Made by a program: the position numbers and the translations under genes. Positions 1 through 14,258 of a stretch of DNA of 64,000 nucleotides are shown here, in pieces. Each line of letters begins with the position of its first letter. Position 1 is the first letter of the stretch. Source of the stretch: Fimicolochytrium jonesii. Taxonomy: Eukaryota. The notes beneath the pieces were generated by a model that worked only from the letters and a program-made list of their open reading frames with translations, searched no databases and was not told the origin of the DNA. The stretch is from assembly GCF_025526975.1 (NCBI RefSeq), contig NW_026515671.1, positions 1,116,001 to 1,180,000 of the forward strand. Direction: 5' to 3'.

Positions 1-1134
1 TGCGCAGAGCGACATCCGACGTCTCGAGATTGTGATTGCGGATTTGAGCAGGGGCGTGGAGATTGGGAAAAAGAAGGTTGCGAAGAAGGAGGTGAAGGAG
101 TGGGAGGACCGGGTGGCGGAGTTGGGCACGCTTTTGAAGAGTGCGAAGGAGAGGGTGAGCGAGTTGAGTGACAAGATGGAGACACCGGTGGAAGGCACAC
201 GGACGAGGGATCTGGGAGGACTGGACCCGTCGCAGAAGGATTTGGCGGAGAAGATGCATCGTATTGAGGAGCAGTTGGCTGAGCGTGAGGTACGGTATAT
301 TTGAGACAACGAAGATTCACGAAGCCGCACTCATCAGCGGAAATCGCATATGACAGGAACGCATCCTCGAAAAGGATCTCATCCTTTCCGAAGTTACAAC
401 CCTCACAGACCGCCTAAAACGACAAACGCTTGAGGGCCGCACGGACTCGAATGAGGTCGCCAGTAAGCTCAACGATCTCTCTAAGCGCATCAAGCACACG
501 ACAAAGGCGATGATGGCGCGAGTTTCAGAATTGGCCATGCATCAGGCTATGGCGATGGGTCTATATCAGGAGAAGATCGACAAGGTGATTTGCGAGGATT
601 CCATTTCGTGCATCTGACCGCAATATCTTCCACTCACACTCACTCTGATGTGCATATACCCGCAGGAAATGATGCTGGAGGAAGCCAAGTCACGCATAGC
701 AGCCGGTGACCCGCCAACTGCAGATATAGTGCGCGATTTCCAGCGGTCAGAACAACGGACACAGCAACGTCTGAAAGAACAACAGGCTATCGCACAAAGA
801 CGCATGCAGGCACAAGCGAGTGGATGTCTGGATGTGTAAGTTCTGTCGCACGTCGTCCACGTTCCGCAGGAGCATCGCAATTGAACCAAATATTTCTTAT
901 CATCTCAGGGACGACGGATTTTACCTGTACTCAGGCCTTCGAACCACAGCTGAGCCGCGTCCGAACGCTTACATCCCCGACATCGCCGGCGGCGCGGCAG
1001 GTGGTCCAAAATCGCTGCTGGCCGAGTTGCCCATACCCAAGCCCTATGGTGGGTATGCCCCATTCCGGCCGAGGGAGAAGGGCGCCCAGATGCGTTATTT
1101 CCGGCGCACGGTTGCAAAACCTGTTGAGATTTAG
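1..1134 (+). CDS. CCDC146: Coiled-coil domain-containing protein 146 (MBO2-like axonemal protein), 3' part; gene starts before the window
   Basis: Coiled-coil exons joined through introns 290-356, 585-665 and 836-908. Ends in the characteristic C-terminus RTTAEPRPNAYIP...LPIPKPYGGYAPFRP...MRYFR..KPVEI* (TAG at 1132-1134). Confidence 0.88.
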
Positions 1135-1519
1135 GAGGATGATTTGAGGGCGTTTGGTGGTTGTATTTATGTGCAATAGGGTTTCAGATACTTGTTCATA
1201 GCAACTATTCGAAGAGACAGCACTGATCCTCGTAATGCTTTCAAGAGCGCTGAACAGAATGTCTTAGCAGTGAACGTCCATGTGCAACAACATGTATGAA
1301 AACAATATACAAAAATGTCCCTTATCTCTCCCTAAGGCGAGAGCGGAGGTAGATCGAGCTTGCGACAACAGATCTGGGTAACTGGGATGGCACTCTGACA
1401 TACAACTCTATACATACTCGTCCCTCAAACTGATAGCATGGACACCTATGAGCGGACCCCCAGGTGAGTCGTCAGAGATCCGATGTGTTAGAAACCACGT
1501 CGAAGAGGACTTTACCTTT

Positions 1520-3217
<1,698 letters not shown>

Positions 3218-3378
3218 GAGCGAGTCACCTTTGAGGAACGCTTCCACGTTCCCATCGCACAAGCACCTCTGGCATTAAATACTTAAATAACTACACTACA
3301 TACAGTACACCGCTTGATGAGGCACAGACTGAGAAGCTACCAGCGCTACTTTCAAAACTGCAAATGATGCTACGTATC

Positions 3379-4747
3379 CTATTCTGCTTTTGTTTCCGGC
3401 GTAACAGCCCAGCTCGAGAAGAGGGTTTCCAGCTCGTTGATTTTGACCTTCTCTTTGGGAGTATTCCTTGCATTGCCTTTCCGTCCCTTGCTGTACGGTC
3501 CCCGGTCAGACCGTCGCTGCTGTCGACCAGCTTTTCGTTTCGATTCCGTGGTTACTGGCACGGATGGTGGTGCTGCCTTTTTCTCTGCGGTCGCGATCTT
3601 CTCTTTTTGCTTAGACACTTCCCAGTAAAGACGCTCTTCATCATCTGAAAGAAAAAGGAGCCAGTGAGTATTCATGAAGCTGTTGAATGCCCCTGATCAC
3701 TCTTCAAACCTCACCTCCGAGGAGTCCCAGCTTCAAAGGTTCTCCATGCACAAGGGCACCACCTTGACGTGCGATAATGGGTAGAAGTTGAACGGCCACA
3801 GACTTTTTCAGACGGATGTATCCCGACGTAGCTTCCTTATCCAGTTCGACAGAATGCACAGTGGCAAATTTACTCATAGCGTTCTTGACCTCAGCCCCGG
3901 TAGCGGTTACTCCATCAGCGAGCTGAAACCTCAGCACTCTATCGCGACGAGGTACGTCTCCGCCAGCGTGTGATTCCAAAACCGACGCTTTCTTGTTGCT
4001 CGGTCCCTTCTTCTGAGACTCTTCCGCCCCCGCAATGGTCTTCTTCGTTCTTCCGACAACATGAAGCGTTGCGTCCTCGTACGAGTGCTGGCGAGCAAGT
4101 GCTTCCACCATATCCTTTGCCTGCTGAAACTCCACATGGAAGACTGGCTCCGCCTGACCTGGGACCGTCATTACATTGGCAACCGGTCCGAAGCGAGAAA
4201 AGTAAGCGGAGACCTCCGACGCCGGCGTCAATCGAGCAAACCCGGTCACTTCAACGACATTCTGGGACAGAGCGGCTAAGGCGGAAAGGTTGGCGACGTC
4301 CTGCGCCGTGAAGGGACGTAATCGACGCAGCTTTGACCCATCGGTGCTAACTTCCAGTATTCCCTGAGCCAATTCGTGTGCCACTGACGCAACCTCTAGG
4401 GGGTCCTTTGTCAAGCTCTGCAGGCGTTTGAAAGAACAGAGTGTCGTTATTGGGATCCCTGCAAAGGCAAGAAAGCGTTAGTCCGGAATCGCCAGTAGCG
4501 ACGATAAAGTCCACCCGCATGCGTTCTGGGGGCCAGCGGGTGGTGGTCAATCGAGTTACTTACATCCTACAACCCAGTCTTCTGCTGAGAATGCACCCTG
4601 CGGAATATTGGCAACCGTCCCCTTGATTTCCGAGTCGCTAAAGTATACCAACAGCAATTCGAGAATGGCTTTCCGGTTGGTCAAGGAGCTGCTTACTGGC
4701 GCAGAGCGTTGCTGGGCCGGCTGGCTGTCGACTTCCATAACGCTCAT
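3379..4747 (-). CDS. La-related protein, LARP7/Pof8/p65-like (degenerate La motif + RRM + C-terminal xRRM)
   Basis: Spliced La motif (VYFSD...GW|IPITTLCSFKRLQSLTKD...LEVSTDGSKLRR), an RRM (VEVTGF...FHVEF), a second RRM ending ...EERLYWEV like the LARP7 xRRM alpha3 helix, and a basic tail. Confidence 0.72.
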
Positions 4748-4981
4748 GTTGGACGTCGTAGTGTGGAAAGTCTGCAAACTTCCAAACTTCAAAGCCAACA
4801 AAAAGTGAGCTTGCACACAAGCTCGGTTGGACACTTAACAGTTTTAACGATTCACGAAGGATGTTATTTAACATCATGGCCATCCAAAGTCAACTCGACT
4901 GCTTCTCGCAATGAACATTTCAGCGCTACAGGCCTGCAATTGAATGTTCTCTCTTGCGAAAGGTTGCTCCACCTATCCCAA

Positions 4982-6028
4982 ATGTCCGTCAAAGTCCAGA
5001 GACCCCGGCCGACGTCGGCGAAGTCCTCTACACCGTCAACACTTTCACTCTCTGACCTCGGAATCAACGAAAAGCTTCAACAAAGATCCTACACGAACGC
5101 CCTCCTCGAGCGACGCATCGAGTTCAAAGAAGTCCGGTCGGCGGACGTCATGCAGGAACAGCTACGTAAGAAATACAAACCCATCAACGCTCCTTCAACT
5201 CCGTCGTCGCCACAGACGGGCGCTATTAGCGAGATTCTGAGAGGAGGGACAGCTGAGGTTGATGCACCGCTGCTGCACGTAGCGGACGGACAGGAAGGTC
5301 AACAGTCGAGCGAGGACCGCGGTCGGAAGGTATTGAGGGGCGGGAGAGGGGACAAGCTGTCTAACTTGGCGTCGGTGATTGCCGCGTTACCGGTGAATCC
5401 GCGGGAGAAGGGGAACAAAGGACCTCACCGGAAGCAAGGGAAATCGAAGGGGTTGACCACGCCTGTGTCGAGCAAACGGGAGCGGGAGGATGGGGAGGAT
5501 GAGGTCGAGCTTGCGTTTGAGAAGCGGAAGAGGACGAAAAGCGGCGCTGAACCGGCAGGTGAAACGGGAGAGAGCCATATGGCATCTGCGTTGATTGAGC
5601 AAACGAGTGATGCAGCCAGCACGATATCAAAGATCGAGGTGAAAGCCCCGCCAAAACCAAAATCCATGAACCCTTTCCGCGACTACATCGAGACGGGCGG
5701 CAAGCCGTCCAAAGCCGTCGAGACGCCTAGCATACGCAACGCGAACCTTGTCGAAGTCGCAGAACGGCGATCGCGGCCCATGCCTGCCTCCAACGGCGGT
5801 GTGAGCACGCAATTCGGGGCATCGGTGGAACAGTGGGAAGGGTTTGACGTCTTCCAACAGGCGCTGCAGCAGACCCGTATCGTGGATCATACCAAGGTGC
5901 GGATCAGGAGGACGGACCGGTATGAGCAGGAGTACGATGCGGGGAAGACGAAGAAGGTCAAGAAGGAGAAATTGGCGCCGCATGAGAAGGCGAGGTTTAG
6001 GGTACCGCCCGCTACACCGAAAGAGTGA
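4982..6028 (+). CDS. Intronless, basic and probably disordered protein with a USP36-like C-terminal motif; no catalytic domain
   Basis: 348-codon ORF from ATG 4982. K/R/E-rich, ending DRYEQEYDAGKTKKVKKEK, which resembles the DxWDEEFDRGKxKKxK tail of USP36-family proteins. Confidence 0.65.
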   Translation: MSVKVQRPRPTSAKSSTPSTLSLSDLGINEKLQQRSYTNALLERRIEFKEVRSADVMQEQLRKKYKPINAPSTPSSPQTGAISEILRGGTAEVDAPLLHVADGQEGQQSSEDRGRKVLRGGRGDKLSNLASVIAALPVNPREKGNKGPHRKQGKSKGLTTPVSSKREREDGEDEVELAFEKRKRTKSGAEPAGETGESHMASALIEQTSDAASTISKIEVKAPPKPKSMNPFRDYIETGGKPSKAVETPSIRNANLVEVAERRSRPMPASNGGVSTQFGASVEQWEGFDVFQQALQQTRIVDHTKVRIRRTDRYEQEYDAGKTKKVKKEKLAPHEKARFRVPPATPKE

Positions 6029-6399
6029 CGATTCTCTCCTGCAACACCTGCTCCTTACCTATATAACCCATAGAGCTATCATCATGAGTTCAATCATTTT
6101 TGGCACATCCTGTGCAATAATACAAAGGGAGCTACTCCCAAAAGCCTTCAGATACCGGACGCAGACATGTTTCTTCCTATTTTTGGAGTGTTTTAACGTT
6201 TTTAAAATACAAGTGTGGCAAACAATGCACGTACAAGAGAGGGAGGTATACAAGCGACAAAATTGTGAGGGTATGAACAAATCTGGGGGGGCCCACCTGG
6301 TTCTGAAAACGTAAGGCTAACGTGCAGGTGTGTTTGCCTCCCTGCTGAGAAGCACGGAGGCGATAACGTGCTGGAGCCCCCAGACATGGTGCTTGTCGG

Positions 6400-9300
6400 T
6401 TATGCATCGGATTTCCGGCTTGGCTGCTGCTGCTGCTGCTGAGAGAGCGCATGACGATGACTGCCGGTCTGGTGATGGGCGCCATGGTGGATGCCGTTCC
6501 CCTTTTGCCGGCCTGCGGATGGCTGTTCAGCGGCGTCTCCGATGATCCCGGCTTTGCTATACACCCCATTCGGTCCTTTGCAGTGGGAGGAGGGAGGGGT
6601 GTCTGAAGCCACATGCCGCTTTACCAGCTCATTGTCCTTGGACGTGTGCGTAGCAGCCAGCGCGATCGATGTTCCCACCAACGAAGGCGGCGTCGCGACT
6701 CCGTTGACTTTTTTCTCATTCGGGAAATGTTCGATGGAGTCGGACCGCGGTATCCGCTGCAGTCCTTTTGTTCCGTGGAATGCTGAAGAGTCGTGTTGCA
6801 TATGTGATTGATGATACCCATTCAAAGGCGTGCTCACGGTGGACGGAGTCGTTGGTATCTCCTTCCAACTGGCATCCTTATCCCGGGCCCTAGCCGCGAC
6901 TTGATTGTACGAGTCCCGTATTTGTATTCGTTCCGGACTCGGTGCAGACCGGACGCCTGGCCAATTCATTCTGGGGGTATCTGATGCCGATAGCGAGCGC
7001 GGCCGGGCCCACTTTCCACCCGAAGACGCGGCTCTCCCCCGCCGTGAATCCGCGATCGCCGAATCATCCTCTGCTCTCGGAGTCGATGGCTCGGAATTTC
7101 CACCACCTTGGCTTTGCCGTCGCGGATTACTTGGCGCAGATCGGCCATCGTTCCGATGCGAGTGATTGGCCCAAAGCAGAGTGCCTTTGCTTCCCCTCCG
7201 TTTGGCGCCGGGAGCGGAATCGCCTGTATCGTTCTTCCCGTTGGCAGACGATTCGCCTGTTGGCGACGCGGCTGCCTCCGAGTGCATTGCTCGCTTGGCA
7301 TATCGTTCCCGCTCAGGCATGATGCCGTTGCTTTGCGGCGGCTTCGATGGGGGCGCCGGAGCAGGGGCATTGACTTCGACAGAATCGCTAACAGTGGTAC
7401 CCTTCTGGCTGTGAATCGAATTGTTTAACCGGTCGGGTGACCGTGACCCTGAATCGATAGATTTCGCCACCCGCTTGTGGCTATCGGTCCTATCGGTCTG
7501 TATGTTGTCTGTTCGACTGTTTGTCCGCCGTCGAGGAGGCGTAGATATTGGCTTCGCTTCCACGGATGCCGGTCGTGCCTCGAACGAGCTGTCAGTGGTA
7601 TTCTGCGCCATTGGCGTAGACGTCCGCCTCCTATGCCGTTTGCCAGCGTCTCCATCACTCGGCGATGGCGACATTCGCCGCCGGTCAGGGCTTAATCCAC
7701 CCCGATTAGATCGTTCAGAGTGGATCTCTGATCGACTGCAGGAGAGAGTTCGCCGCCGCCCGCCGCTGCGAATCTCTGCTACTGTCGTTTCGACCGTGTT
7801 CTTATCTTCTGATTGTTTCTCAATGATGACGGTGATGGGGCTTCGCGCAGGCGCGTCGCCGTCAGCCTCGTCAGAGTCTGTTTCGACAATCTTGTTGTTC
7901 TTTTCCTTCTCTGGCTCAACCGGGCTTTTCCCCGGCGGCTGGCCGGCATGTGTGCCGTTCTGTCTACGCAAAGGTGGTGTCGTACTCCAGGAAGACGGCC
8001 CATTTCTCTTCGATTTCTCGGAGTCCATCAACCGACGATCGGAAATCAACGAACTGTAATTTCCGCGCTTGTTGTGGTTGTCCAGCTGCCGACTTTCTAG
8101 TGACAGCGACTGTATTCGATGGAAATCGTCTCGAGGAGGACGATCATCCGACGAGTAAGGCACCGGATTCCGCATGAGGTTGAGCCCGGCCAACCAATGC
8201 CGATCGTTGTTCTGTCCGTTGGTGTATCCCGATCTGCGGTCGTTTGAAGCTCCATTCAGCTTGTATGGAGTAGGGTTGTTGTTGCGCGGGAAGAAGCTCC
8301 CGCCCACAGATCCATTCGACTTGTGATGGTAAGTTTGTTGAAGCTGTAACCTATACGCCTCATGCCAGTTGGTGTAGACATCGCCGCCACGCAGTTTGCC
8401 ATTGGTTTCAGGCAAATACGTCCCGTTCCCATTGGCCAACATGGGAGGCTGACTGCTGATCACTCGATGGGATGGCGGAATGTACGGTTCGCACACCCTC
8501 GCGAAAGTCCCTCCGCTCTCCAAGATCGGCAGAGCTCGTTCGAACTCTTTTCTCAGTCCCGCGACGGAGAATGCATCTGCCGAGTTGCCCAGGTTCCGCT
8601 GTGGGTTGAATGGCTCTTCGACGCACAGAAAGCGGCGGTTTCGCTCAATGTCCACATCCCAGCCTTTGTCTACCTTCGGTACGTATCGCCCATGCCGCAC
8701 TGATATGACGTAGGTGTCATATTCGAACTCGAAAGCGTACCGCCGAAAGAACGCATGTAATAGCGTTCCGAGCGTCTCTGCGTTCTTTTCGCCAAAGCCC
8801 TTCAGAGAACCCACATCTTCGTGGAAGGAGCAATCGACCCCATTGACAATGACTGGATTGACTTTTGTTGCGTCGGCTTTCAATTTCGCAAAGTACATTT
8901 CATGCAAACATGGCAGAATCGGAGGTTCCCGAATCTGAAGGAAGTTGAGCACCTACGACCGAGGGAGAAGTAGAATGAGTACATTTTGTAATCCGAGACG
9001 AGACTCACGGTATGCCGACGTACCATCATTGCCCAGCAATAACTGCTCAAAGTTCCTCCTTTCGCAGCTGCAGAAACCGAAAGTCAGGTATGTGGGAATG
9101 CATCGAATCGCAAACCACGTCAAGCTACCATCATTCAATACTCTTTGCCGTGTCCAGTACTTGACGACGAGCATCAGCGGCCGCACTCGAGGATCAAGAT
9201 CGACATATGTCTTGATAAGCTTGGTGTTTCTAAGCGCGATCGCATTATTCACATTGATATCGCAGTTGACATGGCTAGGCATTGTATGTTAGCTGAGTGA

Positions 9301-10036
9301 ACTTCAGACGATATCCACGGCAATTGCAGACTTACAATTCGGGATCATAGAACTTGCATATGGGAACCTTGGCAGCTGCCACCGTATATATACTAACCAT
9401 GCCGTCTGGAATGGAGCCCAACGTCAGCATGGTTTAATGGTGTCTGAGCAGTGCGTTGGAACTTACGCTTCCTCAATCCTGTGGCTAGGATATGCATATT
9501 TGATATGCCGTTTATCCGGTCATCCCATGGTGTTGTCAAACATACATCGACATCACTTGTCCGGGTTCCCAAGCCATTGACAGTAGACCTGATGGCCGTC
9601 GATACTGCCGAGTTAGTGCCGAGTCGCACACAAGGACTCACGCTGGAGGACGTACCCGAATACATGAGCTTTGATTTCCTTCCCCGGCCACTCTAAATCT
9701 AAAATCCGCTGAAGCTTTTCGATGAAAAGCGATCTCAGTTGGTAACTTTCTTGTGAAGGTGTGAGGCTCTGTGAGGTTTCGTCAGGTCCGAGTTCTCGTC
9801 ATCGACTCCCAGAACGATAGAGTTGCCATTCATTATGCAATGCTTTCAAGGGGACGTACAGCGGCTAACGCGTTGATTTCCAGCGTAAGGAGCATCTCCG
9901 TTTCCTCATCCAGTTCGTGAGGTACTTGATCTGGTGACGGTCTCCGCTTCCAATTGAATGGGTTGATGGCTTCGTCACCCAGTACCGCCTTTGATTCGAG
10001 TTCAAGGATTATGATGAGTTCATCGTTCAAAGACAT
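6400..10036 (-). CDS. Cid1-family terminal nucleotidyltransferase (Cid11/Cid13/CutA-type) with a long disordered C-terminus
   Basis: Spliced AHVFG|STVNGLGTRTSDVDVCL (GS and DxD motifs), CDINVNN, DPRVRPLMLVVKYW, and PAP-associated motif LCVEEPFNPQRNLGNS, followed by a long S/R/P-rich tail. Start codon position is approximate. Confidence 0.88.
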
Positions 10037-11497
10037 TGTCGGGCATTGAATGCATGGGAAACAACGCCCAACCTCCCATCGCTCGATTAACGACAGTCTG
10101 AACGGCATCGTTCTTGCTCCTTCGGCCAACCACCGTCGACCAGAGCATTATCGTGGATATGGGGCAAGGGACTAGCTATCGCTCAGAAGCCGCCCTTTAA
10201 AGCGCTACTGCACTGGCCTCGTCTCACAGACCCTCACTGACACTAGCAGTGCCCAAGCATTCTGCCACCTACAGCTTCCATTTGCCACGGTACTACTCCC
10301 AGGCGGCCACCTCCTCCAGCTGTCGAAGCACAGGATTTGCTTCTCGCGCGCATCATTGTCGTCCCCCAGCCATCGCTCACATCCCCACGCGTCCTCACCT
10401 CGGCGCTATCCATGAATCCAGAAAACCGCTCTCTGCCAGATGGTTTGATGGGTATACTGGCATCCGGTGGTGGTATCAGAGCATCGTCCCGCACAGCGGG
10501 ATGTGGATGTTGATGGGCAAACGGCAACATAACGTGCCCGATTTGATACCAATCCAAAAAAATACGGTCCTTATTCTGTTTCGCCCTTCTGGGCGGTGAA
10601 CGAGGGTCTCAGGCGCGTGGGAACCTCTACGGGTGCTAACAGCTTTACTAAGGTGAGAATGCAAGTATATATAGCCAGCAGGGGTACCCACCTTTGACTA
10701 CAACGGATAGGCAAGGAACTACGCCGCCGCCTCTCTACAAAGCTTGATATGGCGGTGCTGGACCGGTAAGCAACAAGATGCGGTGATGCACGTGCAACGT
10801 CAGCGGAGACGCGGGGCAAATGGCTCGCAAGTGGAAGCTCGGGTGCCGGGGTAAACCGCTGAGGACGACTATGGTACTTGAAAGAACATAAGTATAGGGT
10901 GGTGTTGGGTTTGCCAGGAAGTGCCCCGAAGTCGCCCTGGCCATGCCGCGGCTGAGTATACTGACTGCCTTTGTATCTCACCTTCTGACGAAATGCGTGG
11001 GAGACTGTTGGAGCGGACGAAAGAGGGTTTCGCAAGCGACTCTTGGGGGTATATGTAAATTATGTGCAGGCTATGTAAATAAGGAGCAGGCCTCGAAGCA
11101 CTGGCGGTTGGTTGGCGGTATGGGCTGGTGGGGTTGTGTTTGGCTCCTCTCTCTTCTCTGAACGGGAAGGCGGAGAGGCGACGGGGCAAAACTAAGGACG
11201 CAGTGGGCGAGCAAGACAGGCAGCTTGTCAAATCCCAAAAGCGCGGTCAAATGAGTCCATCCGTCATCACACCCGCCCCCCCCCCCACCTAGCCCCACCT
11301 TCCAGACGGCAAAACCAGAAAAAGCCCATTTCAACCACCCCCAAGATCTATCCGCTTCGCCGCAACGCCTTCCGGAAAAGCCTCAACGCTCTCGATACGC
11401 ACACCTCAGCCGCTCGCGGGCACTCCCTCGACCCATACACTGCCAAGTCCACTTCCGCGACATATCGAATTTGGAGGTAGTGGTCGACTCAACAACA

Positions 11498-13166
11498 ATG
11501 TCGAACGAACAAACTGTGGCCAGCACGGCGACAGCATCGCAGGCCGTCGTGTCACTTACACCAAATGGACAAAAACGTCCCAGGCCAAAGGAACCGACTG
11601 TCCTAGAGGAAGACGTCTACGTACAAGCCGTATCCGACATTATCGAACGCGATTTCTTCCCCAACCTAAAGAAAATGAAGTTGCAGAACGAGTTCCTGGC
11701 AGCTGTACAGGGTGGAGAAATAGGTCTTGCGAGGAGCCTCGGTGTTGAAATGGCTCGCATGGCAACTAGTGGAAGGACGCCAGCTTCTATGGCGGGCTCA
11801 TTCACACCGCAAGCTCCGTTTCACACGCCGGTGGGCTCGAGAACGCCAGTGTCGGTCAGATCGAACGTCTCGCAAGCGGCAACCGCAACACATGAAGGCC
11901 CCATCAATATGAACACGCGGCTCTCACTTGATAAGTTCCAAGCCGCCTACACCAGCGAAGACAATGCTTCATTTGCCACGATTGTAGAAAAGGCGAACAA
12001 GGAGCAACGGGAAAAGCATCGATGGATCTACGAAAAGGAGAAGGCTCAGCTGCTCTTGGGAACCGGGCCAGCTCCAACGGACAAGAATGGCAAACTCATA
12101 GAAGGAGGGAATAAAGGCGTGGAGGACTGGAAGTTCAAGGTAAGCGAGGGCTGTCCAGTCGGAAAGATGTCAGACACAGGTGCTCACATCTGGTATCTCT
12201 TTTCAGGCCAGAAACGCATTGATGTACTACCCGGAGGGCGCACCATACACACCAGCGGACCAAGTCGCATCACGCGGAGCGCCGAAAGCCGTGTCTCACG
12301 CTTCCACTCGATTCGACCCGTCTCTTACCAACGGGCAGCTCACGGATGTAGCCTCTGCAACAGCAGAACGAATGCGAACACAGGAAGTGTGGCGGGACAT
12401 GGCCAGAGCGACCCCAGGTCTTTTACCCAGAGTGGAACAGTCGGCAGAGGTGCAAGGAGCGGTTGACGGATACGCCTATGTCTCGTCGACGCCTGCTTTG
12501 AATCCGGATGAGGACATAGATCCGTCTGAGCTCATGACGTGGGGTTTCATTGAAGGAACACCGTTATTGGTTGACGCCGGGGCAGATCACAGCGGTGGTA
12601 GGAGTTTCAAGATACCCAACACACCCAAGCGAGAGGCCCTGGGACACAAACTATCTGAGAAGGCGGCGAAGTCTTTACGAAGCAAGAAGGCGGAAACGGG
12701 AGTTTCGTCGCCCCGGTTCAAGACACCTGGTCTGCCCGCGAGGTTGATGACACCCGGATCATCCACGCCAGGCGCCCGCAGAAACACCCACGTATCTGCA
12801 TCACCACTCAACATCCGCTCAGCTTCCCTATCCCCAGGTGCCCAGCATCTACTCAAGAAAACCGGGGCAGCTTCATTCCTCACAAACAACAAATCCTTCG
12901 ACGCGCAGTTGCGAGCCAGCTACTCCAAAACTCCTATATCCTCCCGAACACCCGGCTCCGTGTCGAATTCGCGAGCTGCAAGCGTTGCGCCATTCACACC
13001 GGACTCACGACAACGAACCACGGCGCCGCCGCTGTACACACCTGAGGTTCGTACCCGCACTCGAAGCCCGACCATGTCTCCACCACCCGCACAGCAGGAG
13101 AGCGAGGTGAAGGAAGGGAAGGTGAATGGAAATGCTTCCATCACCGATAATCTGTTGCAGCTGTAA
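11498..13166 (+). CDS. ESS2: Splicing factor ESS2/DGCR14 (ES2)
   Basis: LEEDVYV..SDIIERDFFPNL, LSLDKFQAAYTSEDNASF, WKFK|ARNALMYYP (intron 12140-12206), LMTWGFIEGTPL, and terminal SITDNLLQL*. Confidence 0.93.
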
Positions 13167-13677
13167 ACATATTGTAGCTTTGCATACGGCGTTCTTGTAT
13201 ATCAAAGTTTTGGAGGTGACATAGAATATATTAGCTTGATGTCCGTATGATACTTGTGGCTCGAAACTTCATCGACGGGACTCGTCAACTTTGGCCATAC
13301 GAGTCCTCGTTGGATTCGCCCGAAGCCCATCCCCATATCCAACTCCGTTGGTAATCCCTCCAGCTATGGCAGATGTGCCTGATCGCTCAGTGAAATGTGC
13401 ATCGGCACCCCTCTCCTAACCTCTCCAATCAGTAAACAGCTGCCATACGCAAAAGACTCACACCAAGTGAGGTAGCTAGACGATCGTATGGCTTTATACA
13501 TTCGAGACAGATTCATAAACGTAGTTGAACGCTACAAGAGATCCTCTTCCTCGCCTTGTCAACACCCTCCAAGTTCGTCCCATCATCTCCATCCAGCTAT
13601 CTAACACAGTCCTAGTGAATGCTCCTCATGCGCGGTTCGCAATCGCTATTGCCCGTGTCGACTGATTGAGTTGGCAT

Positions 13678-14258
13678 TTAGTGGGCACGACGAGACTCGG
13701 CGATGACGGCAGACATCTCCTCGACCTTTCTCTTGGCACGGCCGAAAGTTCCGAGCTACAAGGAGGAGTTCAGATTAGCCAAACTTGGTCCCAGCCCGCA
13801 CTTTCCACCAATGTAGAACAAGGTCTTTCAGCTTACCCTCCTCTTGGCAAGCTTACGGGCGCGCTTGTCAGCAGAGTTCTTGAGCAACTCCATGATACGT
13901 TTCTCGTAGGGAGCGTAACCGGTGACTTCACGGACAAGGTCGCGGACGAACTTGGTGCGCTTGGCCAACGTCTGAATGAAAGGCAAACCCAAGACAATTA
14001 GGCCACAAAACACATCATCCCACCCCTTCTTTGGGACCCCCTCCATCTTCACACCACCAGCATAGGTTCTCCCTGCTCCCATATCATTCGTGCCCTCCTA
14101 CGACCCCTCTTCCAACCCCTTCCCCTGACGCTATTCAAACAAGCGCTTGATCCACTCACCCCCTTGCGGTTGACGGGCTTAGCCTTGAGCTCACGCCTGG
14201 TGGTGACGTGGCCCTTGTTGAGGCCGGTGGCAATGCCAGACTTCTGGATAGGAGCCAT
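13678..14258 (-). CDS. RPL36: 60S ribosomal protein L36 (eL36), 3 exons
   Basis: [48 protein letters not shown], ...RRAH*. Confidence 0.97.

Noticed and set aside
9600..9700. Apparent frameshift or broken catalytic motif in the Cid-family gene (ORF track shows YSGTSS)
   Set aside because: An intron explains it: splicing gives WPGKEIKAHVFG|STVNG with intact GS and DxD motifs.
10130..11460. Extra gene or N-terminal extension upstream of the Cid-family gene; C11 run at 11276-11286
   Set aside because: The overlapping short ORFs lack motifs and a consistent frame. More likely a long leader and divergent promoter; uORFs are possible but unsupported.
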